DNA of 64,000 nt from Camelus dromedarius (taxonomy: Eukaryota), in NCBI RefSeq assembly GCF_036321535.1, contig NC_087437.1, forward strand, positions 32,118,001 to 32,182,000, read 5' to 3'. A program made the translations under genes and the position numbers. The notes beneath the pieces are model-generated. The model worked only from the letters and a program-made list of their open reading frames with translations, was not told the DNA's origin and did no database searches. Positions 1-14,345 of this stretch are shown here, piece after piece. Within the stretch, counting starts at the first letter, position 1. Each line of letters opens with the position of its first letter.

Positions 1-74
<74 letters not shown>
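1..74. repeat. (TG)n(TA)n compound microsatellite, truncated by window edge
   Basis: Directly visible. Confidence 0.97.
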
Positions 75-77
<3 letters not shown>

Positions 78-2699
78 GTCTTTTTCATTTTGTACTTTTA
101 TAGCCTTAATGCTGACATCAGTACAAATTTCCCTAAAATCTAATATGAAAACTTTCAAATTTTTAATTAACAGTACTCTCAAGTACTCATTCATTCTTTT
201 GGCCACAGGTGAACTCAGATGGATAAGGTATGATTACTTCATCTCGGAGCTTAGAGACTCACTGAGAAGAAACAGACACGGACAGGCAAATTACGACGTG
301 GCATAGTTGGTGTGATATTTGAGGTACAGGGAAAGTGTGGTGGGAATATAGAGGGGTGACTAACTGACTAAGCGAACTGGGAAGAGCTTACCCAGGAGGT
401 GACACTTGATCTGAGTAAGGAAAGATAAGTAAGAGAAAGGGATGGAAACTATCCAGGCAGAAGAATAGGCCGTGGAGATCACAACTTATGTCAGAGCAAG
501 GTATGCTCAGGGAAGGATGTAAAATGTTCACAGGTAGAACATAGGTGGGATGGAATAGCCTGGACAGATAAGAACTAAAGCTGGAGAAGGACGGTGAGGC
601 CAAACCAAGGAGTTTAGATGATGTCCTACAGGCAGTGGAGGAGCCAACAGAGGACTTTGTGCAAGGAAGTAGGATAGTAGGATTCACACTTGTATCTTCA
701 GAAAGAAAACTGGTAATCCTACAAGAGATGCATTAGAGTGGGAAGAAGCACATTCTTCTTTCATTAGCCCTCTCCAGCTGGACAGGGTTTTACTGTATTG
801 CTGTTGCTGTTGCTGTTGTTGTTATTATTATTAGTTAAATGTATCAAGCATGTCCTCTGTGGCAGGCATGTGCTAAGGGCTTTATAAGAACTCTCTGGAT
901 GTGTGTCAGGGGATGGACCCTCAGGAGCTACTAAGAAGTAATTTCAGTCATTTCTGCTGTTGTTTGAGAGGTCTTCACTGCAGTCTTCTCATTTGAGAAA
1001 GACAAAAGGACCTGTGTAATTTTGCCATGCCAAGGACGTAGCTAATAAAATAATATTTCTTATTCATGCATCTGCTTCATCTGAACTCACCACAGAACTT
1101 GGGTGAATCCTGATATGATGAAGAGCCGGCTGTGTCCCTACTGGACAGGGCCAAGGAAGGTCCACCTCTGAGGCAACCACTCATCAGTTACCCCAGGAGT
1201 GGATGGACTTCTCTGCCATTTGGTCCCCTGAGTTTCACTCTCCGTCCAATAGATGTGCTTTGGATGCCAACACATGCCTGAAAATTGCCTAGGAGTCACT
1301 GCACAGCCTCCGATAGTGACACAAGCACTATATGGTTATTTAGCATGGTTTCACTTCAAATTTGAGCAAGAAAAGATCCCTGAGGAAATTTGGGAGAAAG
1401 AGAACATTTGTCCGTAGGGTTTTATTCTTTTGTTTTATAGATAGAACGTTCCTCTGCTGGGTTTACATCAGCAGATGGGAAAACTGTGACTGCTATCAAG
1501 TTGTTGAAAACAGTGTGCCCACCCAGATGGGCACTGATCTGAAAGACAGCTCCCCCCACCCCCCCGCCGCCCTGCCACCGCCACCAGGCTGGTTCTCCAT
1601 AGCCAGCCCTGCAGTTCCCATCCCCGGCTACACGCAAGCACAGAAGGTGAGGCATAAGTCAATTAATAACGTGTGCCACTGATCCCAGGCTGACTCTACT
1701 CCTGAGGCTATCCTGAGCCCAAGGGCTGGAGACTCCCTGGAGACTCCCTTCTTCATCTTAAGGATCAAACAATGCAATTTGCTGGAAGCCAGACAACAAG
1801 GGACGGATTGAACCACAGGTTCCAATCAGTCACAGACTGCATTTCAAAAGTTGGAGCAAGATACTTAAAGTTGCGCTGGCTTTTCTGCATTTCTAAAATC
1901 TTTTAAATCCTAGCAACAAAAATTATCTGATACTTGGAACTCCTGAATACATCTGAAAATTTTACTTTGGTGTCAAAGAGAAAATAATTTAATTAAGTCA
2001 TTTGTTGGTGAGACCAGGGTAGGATGAGAGAGAGGATCCTAGGGCCCAAGCTGTCATCAACACCCTAAGCAAGTCCCTGTCTCAGATGTCCCCATGTCCC
2101 TTTACCTCACCACAGACCAAGCTCTCCACACAGAAAACAGCAGGACCTTTTCAAGGCAAAGTTCCCACAGCTCACTTTTTACTGCAATTTCCTCCTCTAT
2201 AGGTAGCCAGGGGCTCATATTTGACTTCTGCCCTCATGCCCACCTGGCACTATACTTTAGAAACTTCCTGTTTACTTTTGGAAAGAGGCTGGGTAGAACT
2301 AGCCATACATATATATCTTGCCTGTTGGTTTTGGTCTTTAGGAATGTGGCTCCACAAGATTTTTAGAAAGTTGAACAGGTTCACTTAAATTAAGCAATTA
2401 ATAGCTGCTTGGATTATGATACTTATTCACGAGACATCTGAGCTTAGCGTTCTTTAAAGCTAAAACAAGGACTTGCAAATGGTGATATTTTAGGCATTAG
2501 AAACAAATAAGCAGGGGCATTATTTCTGAGTAAAGCGTCCTGACTAACACAGGTAATTTTGTCAGGCTGATCCTAAATGAAATAAAATAGTAGAATCCAA
2601 GAATATCAGAGCGAGAAGGGAGGTAATCCAGGGCAAAGACGTTATTTTTAAGGAAAGAAATTAGACCCAGAGAAACGAATTATTTGACAACCTGCAACA

Positions 2700-3160
2700 G
2701 AGATATTCTTTGTCTTCCGTCATTTTTTCTGTCCTTCTCTCTTGATTAGCTGGGCATGTGGCCACCTAAATCAAGACTACATGTTTTAGCTTCCCTTGCA
2801 GCTAGGTATAGTCATATGCAGCTTTGTTTTATTTATCCAACAGGTTATAAACAGTAGGTTGTGTTCAACTGTCTGGAAGAGTCCTTCTCCCCTTTCCCCT
2901 TTACTACTGGCTGAAGTGTTGACTTGACAGGTGGAGATGAGTAGCCACCCTGGACCATAAGATGGAAGCCACGTGCTCTCTGGTGTGTTCAGGAATGGGA
3001 GATAAACAAAGCTGAAGGGGCCTCAGTTTCTGAAACATGCAGTTCTAGACTGACTGCCTTCTAGACTTCTTTATGTGCATGGGAAATAGATGTGTATCTT
3101 TGTTTAAGCCACTGTTGTTTTGAATTTTTGTGTTCCTCTCAACTTTATCTAATTTAAATT
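2700..3160 (+). mobile_element. Old MaLR LTR (MLT1H/J-like)
   Basis: gcttcccttgcagctagg...gccaccctggaccat...tgtttaagccactg. Confidence 0.6.
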
Positions 3161-3562
3161 GCTGTACCAGTTTTAATTAATTAGCATGACTTGATGGAGG
3201 AGGGCAGGATGGCTGATGGACAAGGCCTGAATCTTAGTCTGAGAGAGAAAATGCTTTAAATACGTTCTGTCAAGGGATCTCCAATCCTGGTCCACAAAAA
3301 GCTGCATCAGAATTACCCTGGCAGAGGGGTCCCATACGTCCAGATTCCTGGGTCCCTTTCTTAGAGATTTTGATTTAGTAGATAGTCTCTGAGGTCCAAG
3401 AACTCATGTTATTAAAAAACATCCTGATATAATCCTGATACCCAGATACATTTGGAAAGCATTCGATCTAAAATTGTTCTCTGATGAGGAGGTGAATCAA
3501 AACCACCAGAAAAAAATTATTTTCTCTCCCAAACATAGATGCCTCCATGGGCACATGAAAAT

Positions 3563-3620
3563 GAGAGAGAGAGAGAGATGGAGAGGGGGAGAGGTGAGGA
3601 GAGGAGAGGAGAAGAGAAAA
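3563..3620. repeat. Purine-rich (GA)n/(GAGAG)n low-complexity tract
   Basis: Directly visible, almost pure A/G. Confidence 0.85.
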
Positions 3621-5262
3621 TATTCTGATAATTTGAATTTTGAAATAAGTGATTCCTAAGGCTCTTTGGATGCGCTCTCCTTCTCCCTGCACCTACCTGG
3701 AATAACATAAATGTCACCTAACAGTCCATTCTCTCTCAGGTTAGCCTTTGTTCAGACAAACCTACAGTGACATAGTTGCATGTGGCTAGTGTTTCTGTTT
3801 GTTTTGTTTTTGCTTTTTTTTTTTAACAAATTACATTTTCTGTGGGAGGTTTAGTCACTTTCAGTGTGCATAACCACACATTAACAAACCATAAATGCAT
3901 GTGTGACAAAAAGAACTACCACCTAAGGATTCCAAGGCCTTGAATATCAGAGGTTGAAGTTTTTGGTCCAGGCAAAAATCTGCAAGGTCAGCAGATTCAG
4001 TTAAACAGCTGTCAGTTGCAGTTGGCCTAAAAGCACTTGGGCATACCAGCAGGTTCTCCTGGCAGCAAAGGTGACAGGCACGGAAAATGTTACCAGAAGG
4101 CAGATCGTGGCTGGCGTGAGACGTTCCCAACAGCAGTGAACAGAAAGGGATCATACTAAGTAGCATGTCAGTCCTGAGTAATCCTTTTACAAGACCCACA
4201 GTCACATTCACAAGTATGGGCTGCTTGGGAGCTCAGCTCTCCCACTTTCTTCTGGGAAGCTAGAGGGGAAAGGCCGTCTAGCAGGAGGAAGTCTGGGAGT
4301 CACCAGGCTCTCCACAAGTCTCAGCAGAACTCAAACAACACAGAACCAAAGATCCATCTTAAGATAAAATTTGAAAAGAGTGCCAAGGATACCGAAGATC
4401 TAATTCTAGCTAGGTCATCAACTAACCTAGACTGAGTCTGGGCGAATCATTTAACTTCTCCAGTTTTTAATTTTCTCTTGTGTAGACTCAAGGGGTTAAA
4501 TTTGATGAACTATGAAATCCCTCTTAAGAGTTGTACAATTTTATATTTATCATATAGGAAACTACAGTATAAGTAAGAGGGTGAAAGTAAAAGCTTCCCT
4601 CTATTGATTATATTATCTGCTTTTATTTTTAAAAGATACAAACCCTAAATCCCAATATAAAATCATCAGACAGATGTGCATCTGTGTGCACATGTGCATG
4701 CACACACCCTTCAGAACTTTAATTTCTGGAAATTCTTGTTCAGTTGCCTAATCCCAACAAGGTCTGATGGCATCCTGTTATCCCTGCTGAAAGACTTTAT
4801 TATGCAAATATTTAGACTAGGACTTTTAAACATCCATGAGCGTTTATTGCACTCTCCCAAGTAACATCAAACAGAGGGCTCAAAACATACTGAGTGCAGG
4901 CACTCATTGACAGGATAGCTATGGGTTAATAGGCAGTCTCTGAGACCTAACTCTGTGTTTACTAATGATCTCCTAGGTTAAGCAAACTGCGACCAGAAAT
5001 GAGATAAAACTCTTACTGGTTGTTGTTATCTCCTTCCCTTTCCTCAGGTGACACTCCAGCAATGAAATCCTCACTTCCTAAACTTTCCACATAGCCCTGC
5101 TACAACATGCCCTTGATCCAGAGGCTGCTGTCGATGCAAAACATTTGACAAAGAAACGGAAACACTCAGAAGTCTGGGGACAAACTTGTAGGTCATAGAG
5201 CTCCAACAGATTAGGTGCCAATGGAATTTAGGGAAATGGAGAGGAAAAAAAGCCAAACTTAC

Positions 5263-5472
5263 TTCATCCACATGTCCAACAGCTCCATAGATTCTTGCCA
5301 TTTGTCCAATGAGGTAGGGGAATCTCTCACCAATTTCTCTCAGTGTTGGAAGAAAACTGCTCAAAGCCACTGGCTCATAGCCTGCTATCTCTATGAGGAT
5401 GCTTAGGATGATGTCATTATGGGTTGAATCCTTCAAATGCTCGATTAGGAAAGGAATACACTTCTGAACCAC
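5263..5472 (-). CDS. VEPH1: VEPH1 internal coding exon (210 nt, phase 0-0)
   Basis: Long polypyrimidine tract then ctgtag|GTG; donor GAA|gtaagt. Encodes VVQKCIPFLIEHLKDSTHNDIILSILIEIAGYEPVALSSFLPTLREIGERFPYLIGQMARIYGAVGHVDE. Confidence 0.95.
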
Positions 5473-6329
5473 CTACAGAAAGAAAAGAGAAGAGAAGGGA
5501 AGAAAGAGAAACAAAGAGGAAAGTTAATTAAGTCAGAATCAAACTAATGTTTTTTGTATTCAGTCTAAACTCTGAGATTATTACTCTTGTCAGAACTCAA
5601 GCAAATCTTCTAAGTCTGGAATTTAAACTTTACAATAAAATTTCAGAGGCTTCAGGTTCTTTTGCTTTGTATTTAAATCTGTGCTCTGCTATTGAAGAGT
5701 GAAGGCTACAAAATGCCTAAACGCTGCTCTTTAAAAGTCAAATTTTGATGTGTTATGTTCTCATCAGGAGTGCTATATTTCCTTCAAATCATCATGAGCT
5801 ATTCAATTTAAAGGACAATATAAGTATGTAAGAAATCCTTAATGATGACTTTAATCAAAGCCTTCAAATTGGAGAAATGTGGTATGGAAATATTTAGTAA
5901 TAAAAATAAGAAAGCAGGAAGGAAAGAGCTCTTCCATTTTCTTCAACTTTCCATTTTGATCACAAAAATGTAATAAGATTAAAAAATTATTAAAGTAAAA
6001 TTATTTCTACCATGTTCTCAATATTCTAATCTTTTTTTCTTGATTTTTAATGCTTTTATCAATACAAAGATGCAATAATTCATATTAAGGAAAAGGCGGC
6101 TCTTTGTGGAATAAAATCTCTATGTTAACAGACACATTACATACCGACAATTTAGTGAACTGTTTTGTCTGCTAAGGTAAAATAATTAGAAAGGCCAACC
6201 TGTGGAAAACTGAACAATAAAAGTACAAACTATTTGCCCATCCATACTTTTACCATGCTTATTTCTTTTGTTTGTTATTGGTTTGCTGTTTTGGTTTGTT
6301 GCCATTTTGGTAAGGGTCTTGAAATGTAG

Positions 6330-7510
6330 CTTCCAGTATTAAAATGGAGTCTGATACACAGCTCAACCTGCTGGACTCATACTCCACCCCTTGCCAAAAA
6401 CCTGCTTTTCCCACCTTGCTAGCCTCCAGTGTCTCTTTTCCCCATAAATGACATCATTATCTGCATGGCTACTTAAGCCAGAAGTCTGGAAATCATTCTT
6501 GACTACTGTTTTTTCCCTTATCATCAGCTTCATCTGAGCAATTGCCAAGTCCACTGCCCAAGTATCCCACAGACAGGTCCACTTTTCTCCATTTCCATTC
6601 ATCTGTTCATTCACATTAACAAATATTTATTGAGTTCTTCCCATTTGCAAAGGACTATTCTAGGTGCTGGAGTTATAGTTGCTAACAAGTCTCACAGGTT
6701 CCCGTCTTCGTGGAATAATTCATTGTCTAGTAAAGGAGATATTCAGTAAAAACAATTACCACATAAATACATAATTACAAGTTTAAAAAATGTCATGTAG
6801 AGAAAATACAGGGGCTATGAGAGACAGTCTGGAGCCCTGATTTAGGCTGGGGGTCAGGGAAGTCTTCTCAGCAGGGATATTTAAGCTGAGACCACTGATC
6901 TAATCACCCTGCACTTGGGTTATTCCAACAGCCTCCTCATTGTTCTCCCTGACTTTGGTCTTGCCCATCCAAATCCTTCTCCACCCTGTGGCCACAATGT
7001 GACTCTTCCCTGCTTAAAATACTTCCCTAATTTCCCATTGCTCTCAAGTCAGAGGCTCAACACCCCTTCTCTGAACGGACTCCTATCCATCTTCCAGACT
7101 TATCTCCCCACCCACGTGCTCTACTCTCTCCCCATCCAGATCCCATCACATATCACACTTCCACCATGTTGGATTTTGAAAAATGTTCTTGACCTGCTAA
7201 GTTTTCTTTTGTGTCTTGAATTTTATTCCCGTCATTCACTCTGCCTGTAATTCTTATTGGCCCAATTTTGTTAGATAATTCCCTATCATTCTTGAGGCTT
7301 CAGATTAGCTGTTATTTCCTTTAAAAAGTCTTCCTCAACTCCCCGCCTCTTCCTCCCTCAGTCTTGTGTCCCTGCTAAAGCTTCTACCTTCATGCTTCCT
7401 TCTTATTGCTGGTCTAATGCCTGTCTTGCAGACTAGACTGAAAGGTCTACAAGGTCAAGAATTGTTTCTATTCTGTAGCACAGAGCCTGGCCAGATGGTG
7501 AATTGATAGA
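6330..7510. mobile_element. L2 fragments in both orientations
   Basis: aagccagaagtctggaaatcattcttgac; cattaacaaatatttattgag; gcacagagcctggc. Confidence 0.6.
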
Positions 7511-10500
7511 TACCCGAGGCACAAATAAAAGGAAGGCAAATCTACATGATTTTATAGGGTAGTTTTTGGATAACCCCCATACCACCCCATACCATAGTAC
7601 TTGAATACTCGTACATAATGTTTAAACATATATCTACCATGTGTCATATACAACATAACCAATGGGGATATAAAAGAAGATAGTTTTGAGATCAGTAAAA
7701 TTATCCTATGTATAAATTTAAACTTCATATTCATATCAGTACTTGTTATGAAGTACTGATATGACAGGGTTAGTTTCTGGTAAATAGCACATAAGAATGG
7801 ACAATTCAATAAAGGCTGCCTGTGCATTGCAGGTGATTGTATGCCCTTCAGGAGAAACCATGAGAGGTCCCTGGCACCTCTGACAGAAGTGTCAGCCAGC
7901 AGATCCAGGTCAGGGCAGTGTACTTAACCTGAAGCTTTTAGAAATGGAAACTGCTTACACATTTCCTGTCCCATTCTGTAAAATTCCATTTCCCAGTCCT
8001 TACTCTTCATGTCCTAATCCTGGGACACCAAGGCCTTAATGACATGTGCTTCCAGTCATGACAATTTAATTTAAACTCTAGCCATATATCCCAAATCTAT
8101 AAAAGAAAATTAAAAGGAAAAGAAAGAAAGGAGGAAGGAAAGATTTCCCACGGCCCATGGCTGGAATCCCAATGTTATGGCATTCCAGGGTCTTCCTCAT
8201 TGATGGGTATATCTGCTGTCTTTTCCCCCATGAACCTTCTGACCCAACACCATGCCACTGACCACCCACCGTGGACTGGAGATGGAGAAAACTCATACTT
8301 TCAAAGCTGATCTCAAATAGCTCTACTTTTGGGAGGCCTTCCCTCTAGCCCACTCTAACAGATGTAGGACCTGGGGCTAGAGTACAAAAGGAGGCTCCCC
8401 CAGACCACACACTTAAATATTCAGCAGCCTTGTACAATGGTCTCTCCTCTCACCTGACATATACACATTTACAGCAATCTGGGAGGCTTGATTTGAACTT
8501 AGAATTTTAAGGGCCCCTGTAGGAGGAACAGGGAGAAATGAGCCCTAGCTCCCATCCCTTGCCCCTCCCTTCTCTTCCTACCCCTGGCTTTGCCCTCAAG
8601 GAGTCTCCTATGCATGTATGTGGATACCCCAGCCCACATATGCAAGCTCATCTAGGCTGCCCCTCTGACCTATGGGGTCACACTGTTGGCATGGCCTGTC
8701 CTTGGGAAAACAGACCCAGGGACCAGGCCTTACACAAGCCTGGAAGCAGGATGGAGATCTATAGGAAAGGGATTCCAAGGTCCAGTTATCTGGACTATGT
8801 TTAGTAGGCAAGGAAGTATATATGAATGGTGCTCCCAGACCCAGGTAGAAGAGGGCCAAACAGAGCTGTATAAAGCAAGTAATCCAGGGAAGGGGCCTAT
8901 CCCTGGCTTTTCTGGTCCTTCCGGAGCAGATTTAATCACTGCCTTTTCTGTCTTCCAGAGCAGTCTGCTGACAAGTGTGGCATCTTGTCATTGAACTGAA
9001 GTTTTGTGGATATATCTTATCACCCCAGGCCATGGGCACCTGAAAACAGAGCATCTGAAAACATAGCACCATAACTTAATTGACAGCAAGTGACGTTTAA
9101 ATGCCTATGTATAGAATAAAAGGTAGAGCTATTGTGTATGTGTACTTGTGTGTACGTGTGTGTGCATACTCCCTCTTAAATTAGTCCTCAGGCTCAATTT
9201 TCTCTTTCAGTTAATTTGGCTAGCATTAACAATCTCTGTTAGTTTCCAGAAATCCGTAACTGCCACTCTTTCCAGTTGCTACTTACTCCCACCATGCCAA
9301 CAAAATATAAATTCTGAAAACCAAGGTTTTGTTCCAAAGACTGTTTTAGAACAGTCTATATATTCCATCACTCTATCTTCTTAATGTTTTTTCAACTGCC
9401 TTCTCATTTTAAAGAAATACCAAAAGTGACCTCTGAGGACTGACGGCTTGGTGATGCGGTGTTAGGTGCGGTAGGATTAGGTATGTGAATAGGAATGCGC
9501 CACGCTGCTGAGAGAAAATCCTAGAAAATGACTCATTTCTAGGGACCAGGCCACAGAACCAGTTCTTCTGGGTCGGGACATTAATCAATAGAGGGCTAAA
9601 CTTGCCACATCCTGCCACTCTTCTCTGTTTGGTTAGGGCTGGAAGCCCACGTCCTGGGGATAATAACAGATATGCGCATATGTGTTACTAAATTCTGTTC
9701 CTTTCATTGGCTAGGTTACAGCATGATTTTTGGCAGCTAAGAATACATACTCAGCCCCTGAAGGCCACTTGGAAAATTGACCACCCAGTCTTTTCCTATA
9801 AATGGACTCCAAGAACTCTCTGGAGCTTCCAGCCGTGAGTCACTAGCCAGGAACTGCCTCCCTCCACCTAGGAAGGAGAGTTTCCTAAGAGAGGGATGTC
9901 CAGAGGGCAGTGATGGAGGAAGGGACCCCACCTGCCCAGGCAGCAACATCAGAAACTCACAGATGGATGGATGTTGAAGCTATGCCACCTTCACAATCTC
10001 ACGGCCATACACAGAGAATATTTTTTTCAAGGGCAAACTGTTGACCCTCCAGCCCTGGATAACCACGTTATCACTGGTCACACAAGGTAGGTAGTGAGGA
10101 GGGCACTCAAGGAAGTGTGAAACATTCCTGCACCTTGCCTTCTGTGGAGAACCTGCTCAGTGTGTCTCCAAGTTACAGAGCACTGGCCCAGCTATCATTC
10201 AGTAAGAAAAGACCCACTTTAATCCAAATTTCACAAAGTCAAAACCCTCCTCATTTAGCCTCTTATTTCACCTGAAACTAAATTAACTAGACTTATATGA
10301 AAAGCCTCAGCCTGCAGTTCTGATTTTTGTTACTTCATTTTCCTCTCTCAGTAGACCCTCCTCTGTATCCCTCCCATTCCCCTTGCCTGCTGTTTAACTG
10401 ATGAACATGAGAGAGAGGAGGTGAATCAGGGATTTCTCTAGATCACAGCCTGCACATCTCAGCAATCAAGTGTGAGCTCACTAAGAGCTGAAGGAGGCAA

Positions 10501-12400
10501 GTGGGGGTTGGGGCTGCTTTAATATGAACAGAAGTGCTGATGGGAAACAAAGGGTCAGGTGGTGCCCCCGTCACAACTTCTTCCCACCAGTTAGGATCCT
10601 GGTCCAGGTGGGGTCTGTTCACATCACTATGGGTGTTTCATAACTCTCTGTTCCTCATTCTGGGATCCACACTCAGCACCCACAGTATCTACAGGAATCT
10701 GCTTTCCCCCTCTCTTATTCCTTCCTTCCAATTCCCCTCCTTCTCTTGTTTAGCTCACCTTTCTGACCACCATCTTCTACTGAGTCCTGGCTCTCCCTTT
10801 TGCTTCACAAGCCACAGCCTTACAGTCTCACTTTTTTAGTGTGTTGAAGTCAAAACATTTCAGTGGTTGTAATTAGACTGGAATGATGAGGTAGCTCAAT
10901 CTTCTCTATATGTTCCCTAACCAGTGTCAGCCCAGATTTTCTGTAAATGGCAGCCTAAGGGGGTGGGGGGTGGGAGGGCAGCGCAGTGTGAACATAATGA
11001 CCTGTGGAAGACATGGGCATTGCCTATCTGAAAATTGGAGGGGCTGATAAAGATGAGGGGGTCATCACACCTTGGTACCAGCACTGTTCTTAACCTTTCC
11101 AAACTTCAACTTCTCTGTTTACAAAATGAAACGGTTGTTGTAGGGAACAAGCGAGATCACGTCTATAAAACACCTACACAGTGCCTGGTACTTGGCAAGA
11201 GCTCAGCCACTCTTGGTGCCCCTTGCCCATCCTCCCCTGCCTCCTGTAACCTGGGAACACTCCCCTTGTGGCCTTCTCAAGTGGAGGCTGCTCATTACTC
11301 CCCTAGGCTGGGAGAGGAAGGGGTTGGGAGTCAGAGTCCTGGACCTGTCACTTACCTCTTACTACCTGTGTGATGGGGGCAAGTTAACCTCTCATAGCAT
11401 CTATTTTGATTGGTGTAAAATGGAGAGAAAAATAACACATCATAGAGTAATGGGTAGGATTAAATGAGATATTAGATGTTAAAATAAAAGTCCTTTGTGA
11501 ATAATAAAACCCTCTGCAAATTTAGGTACTAATACTAACTCTTCTGTATTAAGAAATATTTGTGGAGTGACTTCTGTACTATGCTAGGCACGAAGGACAC
11601 AGTGATGTGCCAAGATGGTCCTCGTGTCTCAAGCATTTGCATCACAGCCAAGGTGGTCCAGAGGGAGAGAGACCAGCAGAGACAAATTCATTACAATGTG
11701 AAATTTGCCATGTCAGAGATTAGGGGTCAGAAAGAAGTCAGAGAGGATTCCTGGCAAGAAAGGGCAATCTATGCAGCTGTCTAAAGGACCAGAAATAGTG
11801 GGCCCAGAAAAGGTTGTGGTGGAAGGGAAGAACATTCCAGGTGGAGAACATGGCATATATGTAAAAACTCAGCGCCCCAAGAGAGAATTCTCATCTGTGG
11901 TCCCTGGGACTGTACAGTTGTTTGAGGTGTTGGTGTTACAGTGGTCCTATGAGACCAGGCAGTGGTTAGGGGCCTGGTTTTAAATAGCTTCATAGTCCTT
12001 TCCTGAGTCTCTGGGCAGCCATAGAAGGCCTGTAACCAGGGGTATGGTGAGACCTCTTTGAATGTCACATGTGGTGTTGCCCTCACCCTTAGACCCCACC
12101 TTTTTGGTCAGGTGGCCCCAAGGCCTTTCCCTTCCCTCTTCCTATAAGTGAGCCTCCTCCTGGTTTCATTTACCTTTCTGCCCAGCCTTAACCCCATGGG
12201 AAATAAGTCGAATTAACTTATTCTCCCCAGATCCCCCTTGAACTTTTATTGAACCTGCTTTTCTAAAAGCTTTGTTTGTTTTGCTTTTGCTCTCAGGCTT
12301 CAGATAAAATGGCATGCCAGCTGCCTCCTTTAGCAAGCCAAGTTTGGCCTGTTAGTCACCCCTCACTATTCCCCATATGACCTGGTCCCCAGACTCTATC

Positions 12401-12827
12401 TGTGGTAGGCAGAATAATGACTCCCTAAAGATGTCCACAACCTTAGTCCCAGAACCTGTGAAAAATACTCCCTTACACAGCAAAAGGGACTTTGTAGATG
12501 TGATTAAGTAAAGGGTCTTGAGATAGATAATCTGGGCTCATCTGGGTGGCCCCAGTGTAACTGCAAGAGCCTTAGAAGAGTGGGGGAGGGTCAGAGTCAG
12601 AGAAGATGTGATGGGAAAAGCAAAGGTAAGAATGATGCAGGCCATGAGCCACGGGGTGCAGACAGCCTCTCAAAGTTGGAAAGGGCAAAGAAACAGATTT
12701 TCCCCTTGAGCCTCCAGAAGGAATGTGGGCCTGTTGACCTACGTTGGACTTCAGATCGCCAGAATTGTAAGATAATAAATTTGTCTACATTTGTGGCATT
12801 GTTACAGCAGCTCAGAAAAGGAATACA
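12401..12827 (+). mobile_element. MaLR solo LTR (MLT1C/D-like)
   Basis: Starts tgtggtaggcagaataatg, has gggactttgtagatgtgattaag and aattgtaagataataaattt, ends ...aataca. Confidence 0.8.
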
Positions 12828-13759
12828 CAACCCAGTCTGTGTTCCCTCCACTCTGAACCCTCTTTTAGGTGACCCAGTGATCCCTCAACTCCACTCCCTG
12901 CCCAAACTCTACTGTAGCCTTGCCTGTCCTTTCTGTACTTAATCTTTTCCGAAATTGACTTCTCCACAGGTGCTCTGGAATTGACTCCCTGACTTCCTTT
13001 AGCAACTGTTCTATCTAATATTTTCTCCCACATCTTCAATCATTTTATTCTTACTGGATATTTTTTAACCCTCCTTATTTCCTCTAAACTCCCACACTCC
13101 TACAGTCATTTCCTACCCTTCCCTTCCAGATACAATCCATAATAGACACCTGCCATCCTCCATTCCACCCCCACAGACACTGCTCCTTGTGGGTCACTGG
13201 TGAGTCCTCAGCTACCAGATCCAAGGTCAAATCCCACCTCCAGTCTCCTTGACTTCTCTAGATCTTGGCTCTGTTGGATCACTTTCCCCCTTTGGAGACC
13301 AAATAGATCTTTTTCTTTGTTCTTCATGGTCTTCACTCTCTTTGATCTCTTTTGTTCATTAATTCATTTCTGAATTCAACAACTTTTGATTAAAATCCTA
13401 CCATGCGCCCAGCACTATGCTAAGAAGGAGTTCATACAGATATGCAGATACAACTCCTCAAGTTGTTTAAAGTGTACTGAAAGGAAAAGACACACAAAAA
13501 TAATGATAATATATTGTTTTAAGGGCAAAAGTAAAGATGCACACCACTTAACAGAGAGGTCCCCAGTCCTCTGCCCAGTCTCTAGCCTTGCTGCTCAGAG
13601 TGTGGTCCCTGAAGCAGCAGGGGGAGCAGCATCACCTGAGAACTTGTAAGAAGGCAGAATCAGGGGCCCCATCTAGTGTCCAGGTCTTCTGACCCCACCC
13701 CACTTCCTGAAGGCCCTTTGCCCCTCTGTTCTACCTGACACAAAACTTCAAAGTCTGGC

Positions 13760-14163
13760 CCGATGCCACTCCCTCTGTGGGTCTAAAGATGAGACTGGCA
13801 TCTAAATCAGTAGAAAGAGAAAGCAGATTGCAGCCTTGCCCTGGTGTGAGTGGGTCTCATCCCATCTGTTGAAGATCTGCATTTGACTGCTTGAGCTGGG
13901 ACATCAGTCCTCCCCTGGCCTCGGTCTGGGACTTATACCCTCAACCCTCTGGTCCTAGACCCTTGGACCTGGACTTGGACAATACCACTCACTTACTCTC
14001 TCGGGTCCTCGACTTGCAGACAGCAGATTGTGGGACTTCTTAGCCTCATAATCACACAAGCCAACTCCATATTTCTTATATGTGTGTGTATATATATATA
14101 TACACACACATATAAGAATATATGTAAAAAATTGGTTCTGTTTCTCTAGAGAACTCTAGGACA
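13760..14163 (+). mobile_element. ERVL LTR (MLT2-like)
   Basis: cttgcagacagcagattgtgggacttcttagcctcataatc...attggttctgtttctctagagaactct, with the typical internal microsatellite. Confidence 0.75.
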
Positions 14164-14345
14164 GTACCCAACTTCTGCCACTACCTCCTCACTTTCATGA
14201 TTCTAGAAAAAGTGAATGACTGCTTTCATGTAAAGATGGGTATACATGGATACATGAGAGAGGAAACTTGAAGTGCACATCCTGTCCACATACCCAGAGA
14301 TATGCCCAGATGTGTGGACCATCATGTATATGATGCACTTTTTAC

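Noticed and set aside
5071..5262. 63-codon read-through after the 210-nt VEPH1 exon
   Set aside because: A strong GTAAGT donor is present and the tail resembles no protein; nothing supports its use.
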